DNA of 64,000 bases, from NCBI GenBank assembly GCA_963773945.1, contig CAVZDD010000003.1, positions 209,816 through 273,815 on the forward strand, given 5' to 3'. Source of the stretch: an uncultured Thermoplasmata archaeon (lineage in GTDB: Archaea; Thermoplasmatota; Thermoplasmata; Lutacidiplasmatales; UBA184). Below are positions 27,968 to 37,721 of this stretch, piece after piece. How positions within the stretch are numbered: position 1 is the first letter of the stretch; the number at the start of each line of letters is the position of its first letter. The translations under genes were made by a program, and so were the position numbers. The notes beneath the pieces are model-generated. The model was not told the DNA's origin. It ran no database searches and was given only the letters and a program-made list of their open reading frames with translations.

Positions 27968-28444
27968 TTAGACTTCGTCGCTCGACGCGGTCGAGCGGGA
28001 GTGGGGGTGGTGGTGGCCGGTGGTTCCGCCGGCCACTCGCGGGCTGCTCAGGATGTACTCCCCGAGTGAGATTCCCCGCACCCCGCGGAGGTCCTCGGCG
28101 GCGGCCACGACCTCGCGCTTCTTCCCCGTGAGGACCAGCACTTCCAGACAGGCGCCCCCTTGCAGGTGGACGTGGGTCGAGGAACGGATGTGCTCCCCCC
28201 AGCGATGCTCCGCCGCCGTGAGACGTTCGAGGAGGTTGGAGGTGTCGTGCCGGTAAAGGAGCGTTACCGTTGCGACTGCATCGGCCTCCGGGTCGCTCAC
28301 GGTCGTACGACCGAGCTCGCCCCGGATGATCGCTCGGAGGGCTTCCGACCGGTTCCGGGAATTCCGGCGGTGGACCCAGTGGTCCAGCCGAGACAGGAGG
28401 TCGGGGTCCAAGGAGACCGTCGTGCGCGTAACCCGGGACGTCAA
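27968..28444 (-). CDS. nikR: Nickel-responsive regulator NikR
   Basis: RTTVSL ribbon, NRSEALR helix, H...STHVHL..ACLEVLVLTG Ni site; TTG start overlaps the transporter stop. Confidence 0.9.
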   Translation of the reverse strand: MTSRVTRTTVSLDPDLLSRLDHWVHRRNSRNRSEALRAIIRGELGRTTVSDPEADAVATVTLLYRHDTSNLLERLTAAEHRWGEHIRSSTHVHLQGGACLEVLVLTGKKREVVAAAEDLRGVRGISLGEYILSSPRVAGGTTGHHHPHSRSTASSDEV

Positions 28445-29583
28445 GGTTGCCCCCCTTGTTCGGGCGTGGAGCCAGCGGCCGCCGCCGACGCACCGGGCGC
28501 CACGCCGAACCCGATCCGCCCATATCCCTTCCACCAGTAGATGCCCATCGCGATGACCCAGCTGCCCAGGAAGAGACCGACAATCCCGATACCCAGCGTC
28601 TCAAAATTGAGGCTATCGAGCCAGCGCCAGAAAGGACCCCCCCATCCAAACTCTCCCGAAAGCACCTGCAAGAGCTCGACGCCGCCAATGGCAAAGGCGA
28701 CGAGGACCGAAATCACCGTGAGGGTCAGGTTGTAGAAGATCTTGCGAACGGGGTGGTTGAAGGCCCACCCGTACGCGTAGCGCATGGCGAACCCGTCCGA
28801 AGTGTCGGAGAGGACCATGCCACATGTGAACAGGAGCGGGAGGAAGAGCACCGCCCAGATCGGAACACCGGATGCGGCGAACACGATGGCGATACTGATG
28901 ATCAGTACCTCGGTCGCAGTATCAAAGCCCAGGCCGAACAACACGCCGATTGGATAGATCTGCCACGGCTCGCGGACGACCTTGAAGAACCGTCCGAAGA
29001 TCCGGTTGAGGAATCCTCGCTTGTTCATCTGGTCGTCCAGCGCTTTCTGGTCGAGGCGTCCGTCCCGGACCCCCTTGAACATCCGGTAGACCTCGAGGAC
29101 GATGATCGCGTTGACGATCCCGATCACGAACAGGAATACCCCGGAGATCAGCGTGCCCACGACCGCCCCTACCGTGGAGAACAAGTGGAAGTGTGACGAG
29201 AGCCAGTTCGTGACCACCACCAGGGCGACGATCATCCCACAGACGATCGTCGAGTGGCCGAGAGAGAACCACGTCCCTACGGTCAGCGGCCGCTGGCCGT
29301 CGTTGAGCAGCTTTCGGGTCGTGTTATCGATCGCGGCGATGTGGTCGGCGTCGAAACCGTGGCGGAGCCCCAGGACGTACGCCGTGATGGCAAGCCCGGT
29401 GAACAGCAGGGCCCCCCCCGTGATCTCCCCTGAGTAATGGTGCGGCAGGTACCGAAACGCACCGGCGAACGCGAGGAACGTTACCACGGCGAGCGCGCCA
29501 TAGATCAAGCCCATCGCGAGCAATTCGACTGGCCGGAGTCGGAGGTCGCCCGCGGGGTTCCCCGACGGGGGCGTTGGGACCAT
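28441..29583 (-). CDS. HoxN/HupN/NixA (NiCoT) nickel/cobalt permease
   Basis: GLRHGFDADHIAAID, FSLGHSTIV, LFGLGFDTATE. Confidence 0.95.
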   Translation of the reverse strand: MVPTPPSGNPAGDLRLRPVELLAMGLIYGALAVVTFLAFAGAFRYLPHHYSGEITGGALLFTGLAITAYVLGLRHGFDADHIAAIDNTTRKLLNDGQRPLTVGTWFSLGHSTIVCGMIVALVVVTNWLSSHFHLFSTVGAVVGTLISGVFLFVIGIVNAIIVLEVYRMFKGVRDGRLDQKALDDQMNKRGFLNRIFGRFFKVVREPWQIYPIGVLFGLGFDTATEVLIISIAIVFAASGVPIWAVLFLPLLFTCGMVLSDTSDGFAMRYAYGWAFNHPVRKIFYNLTLTVISVLVAFAIGGVELLQVLSGEFGWGGPFWRWLDSLNFETLGIGIVGLFLGSWVIAMGIYWWKGYGRIGFGVAPGASAAAAGSTPEQGGQP

Positions 29584-29719
29584 CCCGCGGCCATCGGTGA
29601 GGGGGTTTTAATCGTTATGCCATATTCGGGAATCGTAATACTATCCCCTATCGAGCGGGCGGTTCCCGACGGGCGCTCCCTATCGTCATATAGGGCCGTC
29701 GACTCGACGGGTTGGCAAC

Positions 29720-30652
29720 ATGTCCGAAGGTCTCGAGAAGCTCCGATTCGGCAGCGAACTCGTAAAGCGCGGGTTCGCCCGGATGCAGCAGGGCGGCGTC
29801 ATCATGGACGTCACCACCGCCGAACAGGCGGCCATCGCCGAAGAGGTCGGTGCCGTTGCGGTGATGGCCCTGGAGCGCGTGCCGGCCGATATCCGCGCCC
29901 TGGGCGGTGTCGCGCGAATGGCCGACCCCCGAAAGATCAAGGAGATCCAGGAACGGGTCTCGATCCCGGTCATGGCCAAGTGCCGGATCGGGCACACAGC
30001 CGAGGCTCGAATCCTCGAGGCGCTCGACGTCGACATGATCGACGAGTCCGAGGTGCTCACCCCGGCCGACCCCTTCCGCCACGTCGAGAAGAAGGCCTTC
30101 ACCATCCCCTTCGTTTGCGGTTGCCGGAACCTCGGCGAAGCGCTGCGCCGGATTGACGAGGGCGCGGCGATGATCCGGACCAAGGGAGAGGCCGGCACCG
30201 GAAACGTCATCGAGGCGGTCCGGCACATCCGGACCGTCAATGACGAGGTCAAGGCCGTCAAGAAGATGGCCCGAAAGGAACTTCGCGCCTGGGCGACGCG
30301 GGAACGGGTTCCGGTCGAACTGCTCAACGAAGTCCGAAAGCTCGGACGGCTCCCGGTCGTGAACTTTGCCGCCGGCGGCATCGCGACCCCTGCAGACGCG
30401 GCCCTCTGCCGGATGCTCGGGGTCGACGGCGTCTTCGTCGGTAGCGGGATCTTCAAGGCCGAGCACCCGGTCAAGGTCGCGCGCGCGATCGTCGAGGCTT
30501 CGATGCATTACGACGACGCGAAGCTCCTGGCCCGGGTGTCCGCCGGACTCGGGGAGCCGATGAAGGGCGTCGAAATCTCCTCGATGACGCCGGGCGAGCT
30601 TCTTCAAACGCGGGAGTCGGGCCCCGCCCGTTCCCCGACGTCCGCTGCGTGA
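29720..30652 (+). CDS. pdxS: Pyridoxal 5'-phosphate synthase lyase subunit
   Basis: [43 protein letters not shown]. Confidence 0.97.
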   Translation: MSEGLEKLRFGSELVKRGFARMQQGGVIMDVTTAEQAAIAEEVGAVAVMALERVPADIRALGGVARMADPRKIKEIQERVSIPVMAKCRIGHTAEARILEALDVDMIDESEVLTPADPFRHVEKKAFTIPFVCGCRNLGEALRRIDEGAAMIRTKGEAGTGNVIEAVRHIRTVNDEVKAVKKMARKELRAWATRERVPVELLNEVRKLGRLPVVNFAAGGIATPADAALCRMLGVDGVFVGSGIFKAEHPVKVARAIVEASMHYDDAKLLARVSAGLGEPMKGVEISSMTPGELLQTRESGPARSPTSAA

Positions 30653-30706
30653 CGAACTCCCGAACGAGCCGATGGGGGTAAACGCCCCCCGGCATCCTCC
30701 CGAACC

Positions 30707-31840
30707 GTGCGAATCGTCCAGGTCAGCCCCTTCTTCTACCCGCACGCCGGGGGCGTGGAGTCGCACGTCCGTTCGCTCGCGCGGGAGTTCACCCGGATGG
30801 GCCACGACGTGACCGTCGTAACGTCGCGCCACGATCCGACGCTCCCCGTCGAGGAGCAATTCGAGGGCTACCGGATCCTGCGCGCCAAGACCTGGGGCGT
30901 GGTGTACAACACCCCGATCAGCCCGGCGACCCGGCGGTTGGTCGCCTCGGTCGCAGGCGACGTCTTTCATCTCCACTTTCCCCCGCCCCTCACGTCGTAC
31001 TTCGCGGTCCGGGGACTGGAACGACGGTCGGTCGCCCGATGCCTCACCTACCATTGCGACCTGTATCTCGAGGGAGCGGTCGGCTCACTGTTGACCGGCC
31101 TGTACTCCAGATTGTTCCTGCCCCCGACCCTCGAACGGGTCGACCGGGTGGTCGCCCACACCCGCAGTTACGCGGACACGTCCCGGTCGATCCGGGGCCG
31201 GTCCATCGAGGTCATTCCGTCCGCGGTCGACACCCGTCGTTTCCAGCCTGACCTCGACGGCTCGGTCGTGCGAAAGCGCCTCGGTCTGGAAGGTCAACGC
31301 GTGCTCGCGTTCACCGGTCGGCTCGTACCGCACAAGGGCGTGGACGTGATCCTGCGGGCGTTGAGAGAGCTGCCGGCCGACGTCTCCTTGATCCTCGTGG
31401 GACATGGACCTCGGCTCGCCGCGCTCCAGGGCTTGGCGCGCCGACTCGGCGTGGAGTCGAGGGTCCGATTCTGCACGGAAGTGACCGATGACGAGCTACC
31501 GCTCTACCTGCGGGCTGCCGACATTTTCGTATTCCCCTCACAGAACCGCCTCGAAGGGTTCGGCCTCGTCGTAGCCGAGGCGATGGCGTCCGGACTGCCG
31601 GTGATCATCGCCGACATGCCCGGCGTTCGCGAGGTGATCGAGCCCGGAAAGGAGGGCCTGCTGGTCGAACCGCTGATCGAACGCGACCTCGTGGGCCGCA
31701 TCCAGGAACTCCTGGACGACCCCGCGCGTAGGGTGGCGATGGGGGCCGCGGCCCGCAAGCGGGCCGAGGAACGATACAGCCTCGAGATCGTCGCCCGGCA
31801 GTTGCTCACGATGTACGAAGGCCTGCGCGCAACTGGTTGA
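30707..31840 (+). CDS. Glycosyltransferase family 4
   Basis: PHAGGVE, FTGRLVPHKG, EGFGLVVAEAMASGLP. Confidence 0.93.
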   Translation: MRIVQVSPFFYPHAGGVESHVRSLAREFTRMGHDVTVVTSRHDPTLPVEEQFEGYRILRAKTWGVVYNTPISPATRRLVASVAGDVFHLHFPPPLTSYFAVRGLERRSVARCLTYHCDLYLEGAVGSLLTGLYSRLFLPPTLERVDRVVAHTRSYADTSRSIRGRSIEVIPSAVDTRRFQPDLDGSVVRKRLGLEGQRVLAFTGRLVPHKGVDVILRALRELPADVSLILVGHGPRLAALQGLARRLGVESRVRFCTEVTDDELPLYLRAADIFVFPSQNRLEGFGLVVAEAMASGLPVIIADMPGVREVIEPGKEGLLVEPLIERDLVGRIQELLDDPARRVAMGAAARKRAEERYSLEIVARQLLTMYEGLRATG

Positions 31841-32648
31841 TCTGGCCCCAGAGACGTTCGGCCTCGGTGCGCGCCGCGGCGGCCCAGTCGGGACCCCGCG
31901 AGGCGTAGAGAATACCGCGCGAGGAATTGATGAGGAGGGCTCGGCCCCGTCCATCCACACCTTCGCGCACCGTGGTCGACAGGGCGCCGCCCTGGGCGCC
32001 CACGCCCGGGACCAGGATCGGGAACTCGTTGCCCAGAAGCTGTCGGGCGACCCGGACGGCGTCCGCATACGTGGCGCCGACGACGACTCCGCCATTGTGA
32101 TGTTTCCCGGACAGCCGCTTCGTCTCGGTGACAACCGCCTGCCAGAGCGGGCCTCGGGGGGTGGGAATTTCCTGGAAATCCGGGGCGCCCGGGTTGGAGG
32201 AGTGGGCGACGACGAAGAAACCACGGTCCGGGTCCTCCGCGAAGGGTTCGAGGGTCTCCCACCCCACCCATGGGGTGACGGTGACCGCGTCGAAGCCCAG
32301 CTGGTCGAACGCGGCGTGGCGGTAGAATCGCATGATGTTGCCAATATCGTTCGCCTTGAGGTCCAGGATTCGCAGTCGAGTCGGACCGATCTTCTTCGTG
32401 AGCCGGGCGAGCAGATCGAGTCCGTCGGCCCCCATGCTGAGGTAGCAGGCGAGTTGCATTTTGTACGCCGCGGCGTAGGGATAGGTTACCCGGACAATTC
32501 GTTCGAGGAACTGCCGCGCCGCCCGGGTCTTCGAGACCGACCGAAAGCTCCGGGGGAACTGGGCCGGGTCCGGGTCCAGACCGACGCAGAGGAGGGAATT
32601 ACGGATCCGAAGAATCTTGTCGACCCGAGCCTGGAACGAGAGTGCCAT
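31806..32648 (-). CDS. pyrF: Orotidine-5'-phosphate decarboxylase
   Basis: LCVGLDP, ILDLKANDIGN, VVGAT, LVPGVGAQGG, INSSRGI; ATG at 32648. Confidence 0.94.
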   Translation of the reverse strand: MALSFQARVDKILRIRNSLLCVGLDPDPAQFPRSFRSVSKTRAARQFLERIVRVTYPYAAAYKMQLACYLSMGADGLDLLARLTKKIGPTRLRILDLKANDIGNIMRFYRHAAFDQLGFDAVTVTPWVGWETLEPFAEDPDRGFFVVAHSSNPGAPDFQEIPTPRGPLWQAVVTETKRLSGKHHNGGVVVGATYADAVRVARQLLGNEFPILVPGVGAQGGALSTTVREGVDGRGRALLINSSRGILYASRGPDWAAAARTEAERLWGQINQLRAGLRTS

Positions 32649-32760
32649 TCGACTCTCGGGGAGGCGTGCGGACCAAAAGCCTTGCGCCGCGTTTCGCGAT
32701 GCAGAGCCGCCGCCCCGGGTGCCCTTATGGGACCGCCCCATCTCGGCGGGGCGCGAGACC

Positions 32761-33927
32761 ATGACCGCGGTGGGAGGACCGGAGGAGATCCCCGAGGTCC
32801 GTCTCAAGGACCTCCGGGCCGGGCTTCCGCCCGTCCACATTCTCGGACGCGTCGTCACCGTCGCCCGGAAAGAGATCACGGGAAAGGTCGACGGTAAACG
32901 ACGAACGGTGCTGAGCGGCCTCCTCAGTGATGGGACCGCGACGGTGCGATTCACCTGGTGGGACCCTCCCGCCGAGGGGATCGACCGCGGAACGGTGCTC
33001 CGCGCCGTGAACGCGCAGGTCCGGGAGTTCCGGAAAAAGCCCGAACTCTCGTTCGGCTGGTCAACTCGGATCCAACCGGCGAGCGACCTCGAATTACCAT
33101 CGCCGGAAACGGCGGAACTACCGCTCCGCGGAATCGCCGACCTGCACCCGCAGGAGGAGGGCTTCCGCCTCGAGGTCCGCGTTGTGGATGTCACCGAACG
33201 GACCGTAACCGTCGGCGAGGAACGGCGAGCGGTCCACTCGGGCCATCTTGCGGATGGGACCGGCACGGCCCCCTTCACGGCCTGGATCGATTTCCGACTC
33301 AAGCCCGGCGATACGGTACGCGTGGCCGGCGGGTACGTCCGGGTCTTCCGAGGAACCCTGGAGGTTACTCTCGATGAGCGGAGTCATATCGAGAATATCG
33401 CCCCCCAACTGGTCCCGTCGACTCCACCGCCCCCCGTCTCCGTCCTCGCGTTAGGGACGCTGGAAGGACGGGGCGGGGGCCTGGATGTTCAAACCGAGGG
33501 GCTGGTCGTCGGCCTGGGCTCCCCGAGCGGGGTGGTGCAACGGTGCCCGACCTGTTCCCGCGTGCTCCAAGAGGGAGTCTGTCGACTTCATGGAGCGGTC
33601 GAAGGAACAGCGGACCTCCGGGCCCGGGTCGTCCTCGATGACGGCACCGGCGTCGCGACGGTCAACTTCGACCGGGCACTCACCGAGCGACTTACCGGCC
33701 GCACATTGGCCCAGTTCGTGGACCAGCGGCGACAGCAACCGGAACCCGCCCGGGCCGAGCAGGAAATCCGTGCCCAGTTGCTGGGCCGACGGCTGCGCGT
33801 TCGAGGGAAGGCCCGGGTCGACGAGTTCGGGCTCGCCCTGTACCCCACGGGGTGTGAGGAACTTCTCGCGCAACCCCGCGCCGCGATTGATGGACTCGCC
33901 CGTCGACTTGCGGAGCGACCCCGATGA
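32761..33927 (+). CDS. Replication protein A large subunit (OB folds + Zn finger)
   Basis: Three OB repeats (SDGTA, ADGTG, DDGTG) and CPTC...CRLHG. Confidence 0.88.
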   Translation: MTAVGGPEEIPEVRLKDLRAGLPPVHILGRVVTVARKEITGKVDGKRRTVLSGLLSDGTATVRFTWWDPPAEGIDRGTVLRAVNAQVREFRKKPELSFGWSTRIQPASDLELPSPETAELPLRGIADLHPQEEGFRLEVRVVDVTERTVTVGEERRAVHSGHLADGTGTAPFTAWIDFRLKPGDTVRVAGGYVRVFRGTLEVTLDERSHIENIAPQLVPSTPPPPVSVLALGTLEGRGGGLDVQTEGLVVGLGSPSGVVQRCPTCSRVLQEGVCRLHGAVEGTADLRARVVLDDGTGVATVNFDRALTERLTGRTLAQFVDQRRQQPEPARAEQEIRAQLLGRRLRVRGKARVDEFGLALYPTGCEELLAQPRAAIDGLARRLAERPR

Positions 33928-34878
33928 CCGGCCGCGAGTTGGCATGGCGAGTCCTCGCGAACGAGCTGCGCGCCTCTTCACAGAACGAGAAAGGCTCGGG
34001 AGAAAAGTCGCCATCCTACGTGATTTCACCGCTCGGGGGCCGGTTCAACCGGGTCGCGCTGACTGGCGTGATTGTCCCGGTGGATCGGTCGGGAGCGGGC
34101 GGGGCGGACTTCGTCCGAACCCAGCTCACCGACCCCACGGGCACGACTCCCGTCACGGCCGGTTCGTTCCAGCCCCAAGGTCAGGCCGACCTCGAACGAA
34201 TCTCCGCGCCGACCCCGGTCTTGGTGATTGGAAAGGCCAATCTGTACCGGGGATCTGGGGCGGCTCCACTTACCTCGGTCCGCGTTGAGTCGGTCCACCC
34301 CCTGCCGGACGCCGAGTACCCGGACGCTGACCGCGGAGACGGCGACTCAGACGCTCGAGCGTCTCGAGCTCGTCATGCGGTTGCGGACCGCGACCCCCCC
34401 GTCCGATGCCGAACTGGCCAATGCCGGGGTCTCACCGTTCTGGCTCCGAGGAGCGCGGGCGTCAGTTCTTCGGTACCCCTCCCTCGACCCCACGCCGTAC
34501 TACGAGGCCCTGCGAGCGGTGCTCATCACGCTCCGGGCCGCCCCCGTCATTGAACCCCCCCGGCAAGCCACGAACCCGCCTCAGAACTCGCCGGCCGAGG
34601 TCGTCCGAGTCGTGAACGCGCGTACCCCCCTGCCGGCACACACCCCGCCTCCTGCCATCAAAGCGCTCGAGGGGCGTCTCCTCGAGATCTTGGACGAACT
34701 GGCGGAAGAATCCCCCGATGGCTACGCCGACATGGATGAACTCGCCGAACGAGCGGCGCGCCACGGACTGGACGGCGAGAAGATGGAGGAGATCTTGAAC
34801 TACCTCTCGGAGAACGGGACCCTCGAGGAACCCCTTGTGGGCAAATTCCGGCGCGCGGACGGACCGCCCCCGGAGTAA
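33924..34878 (+). CDS. RPA32-like / RPA-associated protein (OB + wHTH), frameshifted at ~34320
   Basis: RELAWRVLANE, SYVISPLGGRFNRV, DPTG, FQP; C-terminal wHTH in the next frame after TACC-CGG. Confidence 0.82.
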
Positions 34879-34927
34879 CGTCGATTTCTCGTTCAGTTGA
34901 GTTTATATGACCCGCCCCTTCGGAGGC

Positions 34928-34993
34928 GGGGGGAATGAGGAGCACCTGTCTCTCCGATAACCCGTGAAGAGACCCACGACATACTGACCCCCC
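34928..34993 (+). ncRNA. Box C/D guide sRNA
   Basis: G6/C6 terminal stem; C box ATGAGGA, 12-nt guide, D' CCGA, C' GTGAAGA, 13-nt guide, D box CTGA; TATA TTTATAT at 34902-34908. Confidence 0.8.
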
Positions 34994-35008
34994 TCACGTT
35001 CGATCACC

Positions 35009-35955
35009 ATGTCTGACCCCCCCTCTCGGACCGCGCTGCTCGTCTTCGTCGTGCTCACGTTGATCGTCGCCGGCGCCCTCGCCGGGGTGGCACTGTACTA
35101 CTCGACTCCCCGCAGCACCCCTACGCCCCTCACGCCCCAGGTCGGAGGGAATGCCACGGTCAACTACATCGGCTACTTCGGCAGCGGGCCCGAAAACGGA
35201 CGGGTGTTCGATACCTCGCTTTACTCCGTAGCGATCAACAACGCCTCGTACCCGAAATCGGTCGGATTCAAGTACCGCGGTTCTGAAGCCAACTACACCC
35301 CGCTCGGGGTAAACATCGGCCCGAACGCTCCCTCCGGTGGCTACACGATCGGCAACACAAGCTTCGTGACCGTCGTCACCGGCTTTTGGGAGGGCCTGAT
35401 CGGAGTACCCGGGAACACGACGCACACGATCGTCGTTCCCCCGGACCTGGGTTACGGACCCCAGAACCCCGCGTGCATCCGAAACCTCCCACTCACCTAC
35501 ACGCTGCCCGTCGTGGCGACCTTCTCCGCGACGGGGTTCTCGAGCGTTTATCCGGGCGTCACTCCGCTGACCGGAGTATCGTTCACGGACCCCCACTACG
35601 GTTGGAACGCCACGGTCCTCGCCGCGAACACCTCCTATGTTACAGTCGAGAACCTTCCGTATATCGGCTACGTCGCGTCGCCGCCGGATGGCCCGTCCTC
35701 GTCACCGCGATCACCTCGACCCCGAACGGCGCCGGGGCGATCACCCTCGTGAACGAGCTCTCACCGGCCCAGGCGGGTCATCTGCTCGGGACGGATTTCA
35801 ACGGGAGCGCACCGTGCACATCGTCCAACGGGGAGTTCATCGTGTCCGCGGTCAATCCGGCCGCCGGAACCTACACCGAGAACTTCAACGAAGCCGTGAC
35901 GGGGCAGATCCTGATCTTCGTCATCACTGTGGTCAACATCTACCCGCCGCCGTAG
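35009..35955 (+). CDS. Membrane-anchored FKBP-type peptidyl-prolyl isomerase, frameshifted at ~35683
   Basis: N-terminal TM; VNYIG, GRVFDTS, VTGFWEGLIG, VVPPDLGYG; C-terminal NFN..VTGQILIFVITVV in the next frame. Confidence 0.82.
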
Positions 35956-36878
35956 GCGAACGGGGGGGCCGACCCGCTGAGCCGGATCTTGCCTTGCTTG
36001 AGCAACTGCTCGAGCCGGTCGTCGACCGTGCGGTCCATGGCCGAGGGGTCCGACACGGCTCGACGGGCCGACCGGTTGTGTTCCACCACGACCCGACGCG
36101 CCTCGCCCCCGCGCGCTCGGCGTTGGCGGCGGAGGTCGTCGAATTCGCGCTCCGTGCCCCGCAAGCTTCGGTCGATGTCGTCTAGTTCCCGCCGCACCGT
36201 CCCACGCGCCTGGCTCTTCTCGCGCAGCTCCGCCATTCGTTGCCCGGCCACGACAAGCTCCGCCTTGAGGGTCTCCATCGCCCGGTCGCGGGCGGCCCGC
36301 TGGTCGTCCAGCGCCTTCCGAAGCCGATCGACCTCGGTTCGAGCGGCCTCGAAGGTCACTTCGGCGGCATGGAGGGCCTCGCCACGCTTCGCCACCTCCG
36401 TCGCTTCCGATTCGGCCACGCCGATCTCCTTCCGTATCTGTCGCATCCGGCCGATCAGCGCGTTCTCTTCCTCGATCGGCACCGCCCGGGTCTGCTGCTC
36501 GAGCTCGAGCTTTTTCATCTCCTTCCGAAGCTGGTCCGCTGGCGAGCGGGCGGATTTGGGCATCGTCGACCGGAGTTCCCGGACCACTCCCAAGCGCTCG
36601 TCCCGGACGCGGCGGGCCGAGTCGAGTGAAGGGCGCAGACGGTTGAGTTCCCGACCGAGATGGCGATGCGCCTCGTGGAGCTCCTCGAGCTTGGCCTGGT
36701 GGGGGGATTGCTGGTTGAACATGTCGCGCGCCTCGTCGTCGAGTCGCAGGAACTGCTGGATCAGGGCTTCGCGCTTGGGCCGGAGCTCCCGGATCTTCGC
36801 GTCAAGCTGGTCCAAGCGATGGCGCTCCGCGCGGTCTTCCTCGCGGTCCCCTTCGGGCGGGGCGGTCTTCGACACCAT
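35940..36878 (-). CDS. Archaeal long coiled-coil protein (COG1340-like)
   Basis: Continuous heptads; LELEQQT...EEENALI; C-terminal LLKQGKIRL. Confidence 0.75.
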   Translation of the reverse strand: MVSKTAPPEGDREEDRAERHRLDQLDAKIRELRPKREALIQQFLRLDDEARDMFNQQSPHQAKLEELHEAHRHLGRELNRLRPSLDSARRVRDERLGVVRELRSTMPKSARSPADQLRKEMKKLELEQQTRAVPIEEENALIGRMRQIRKEIGVAESEATEVAKRGEALHAAEVTFEAARTEVDRLRKALDDQRAARDRAMETLKAELVVAGQRMAELREKSQARGTVRRELDDIDRSLRGTEREFDDLRRQRRARGGEARRVVVEHNRSARRAVSDPSAMDRTVDDRLEQLLKQGKIRLSGSAPPFAYGGG

Positions 36879-36921
36879 CGGGCCGGACCACCGGGGTGTC
36901 TAAAGAAAAGGGTATCGGGTT

Positions 36922-37659
36922 TCAGTGGGAGCCCGTGCCGCGAGATTGCCGACTCCCCGCCAGCAACTGAAGCGCGAAGAGGGCGGCGGGGACCCCCCCG
37001 TCGATGTTCACCACCGCGATCGGGGCGCAGGATTGTAACATGGCATTCAGGGCGGCCTCGCCCTGCCCTCCGCGGCCGTATCCCGTAGAGACCGGGATTC
37101 CGACCACCGGGGCAGGCACCAGCCCGGCCACGACCGTCGGGAGCGCCCCTTCGCGACCCGCGAACACGAGGTACACCCGCGGTCGCCGACGCTCGAGGAC
37201 CCGGAGTGCCCGCTGCAAACGATGGAGCCCCGCCACGCCCACATCGTAGGCCGAGACCACTTGAACGCCGACCGACTCCAGGACGTGCCGCGCCTCCTCG
37301 GCAATGGGCGCGTCGCTCGTCCCGGCCGCCAGGAGCGCGACGGGTCCACGGTCGACCGGATCCGAAATCGGGCCGGCGAGACGGGCGACGCGTCCTCCGG
37401 CGAGGAGACGGATCGGGAGACCCTCCCGACGAGCGGTGGCGAGACTCGCCCGCTGACTCGGCGTGGGCCGGGACACGAGAGCGCCATGACCCCGGGCATG
37501 GAGGGCGCGAAGAACCCTCAGGAGCTGGGCCGGGCTCTTTCCTTCCCCCAGGATCACCTCGGGAGCTCCGATGCGCCGGGGGCGACCGGCATCGAAGCGG
37601 AAGTCCGAGCCCACACGGAGCTCCCTCGTCTGGCTTGTCTGTCGAAGGTGTCGCGGCAC
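36922..37659 (-). CDS. larB: Nickel-pincer cofactor biosynthesis protein LarB (PurE-like)
   Basis: PEVILGEGK, AGTSD, DVGVAGLHRL, AGREGALP, PVSTGYG, VVNIDGG. Confidence 0.92.
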   Translation of the reverse strand: MPRHLRQTSQTRELRVGSDFRFDAGRPRRIGAPEVILGEGKSPAQLLRVLRALHARGHGALVSRPTPSQRASLATARREGLPIRLLAGGRVARLAGPISDPVDRGPVALLAAGTSDAPIAEEARHVLESVGVQVVSAYDVGVAGLHRLQRALRVLERRRPRVYLVFAGREGALPTVVAGLVPAPVVGIPVSTGYGRGGQGEAALNAMLQSCAPIAVVNIDGGVPAALFALQLLAGSRQSRGTGSH

Positions 37660-37721
37660 AACGCCGTGACGACCGAACCGTCATATAGCGAACGCCGCTC
37701 TGCGCCGATGGCCGGGATCCG

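Noticed and set aside
29720-30652. pdxS without pdxT (also larB without larC/larE, amrS without partners) as incomplete pathways
   Set aside because: Partner genes are often unlinked in archaea, and absence from a 64-kb window is uninformative
31806-33302. Apparent N-terminal extensions or fusions on PyrF (also GatE, EtfA, TatD, NikR and LOG ORF calls)
   Set aside because: The extensions overlap neighbouring genes; internal starts give normal-sized proteins, often with stop/start coupling
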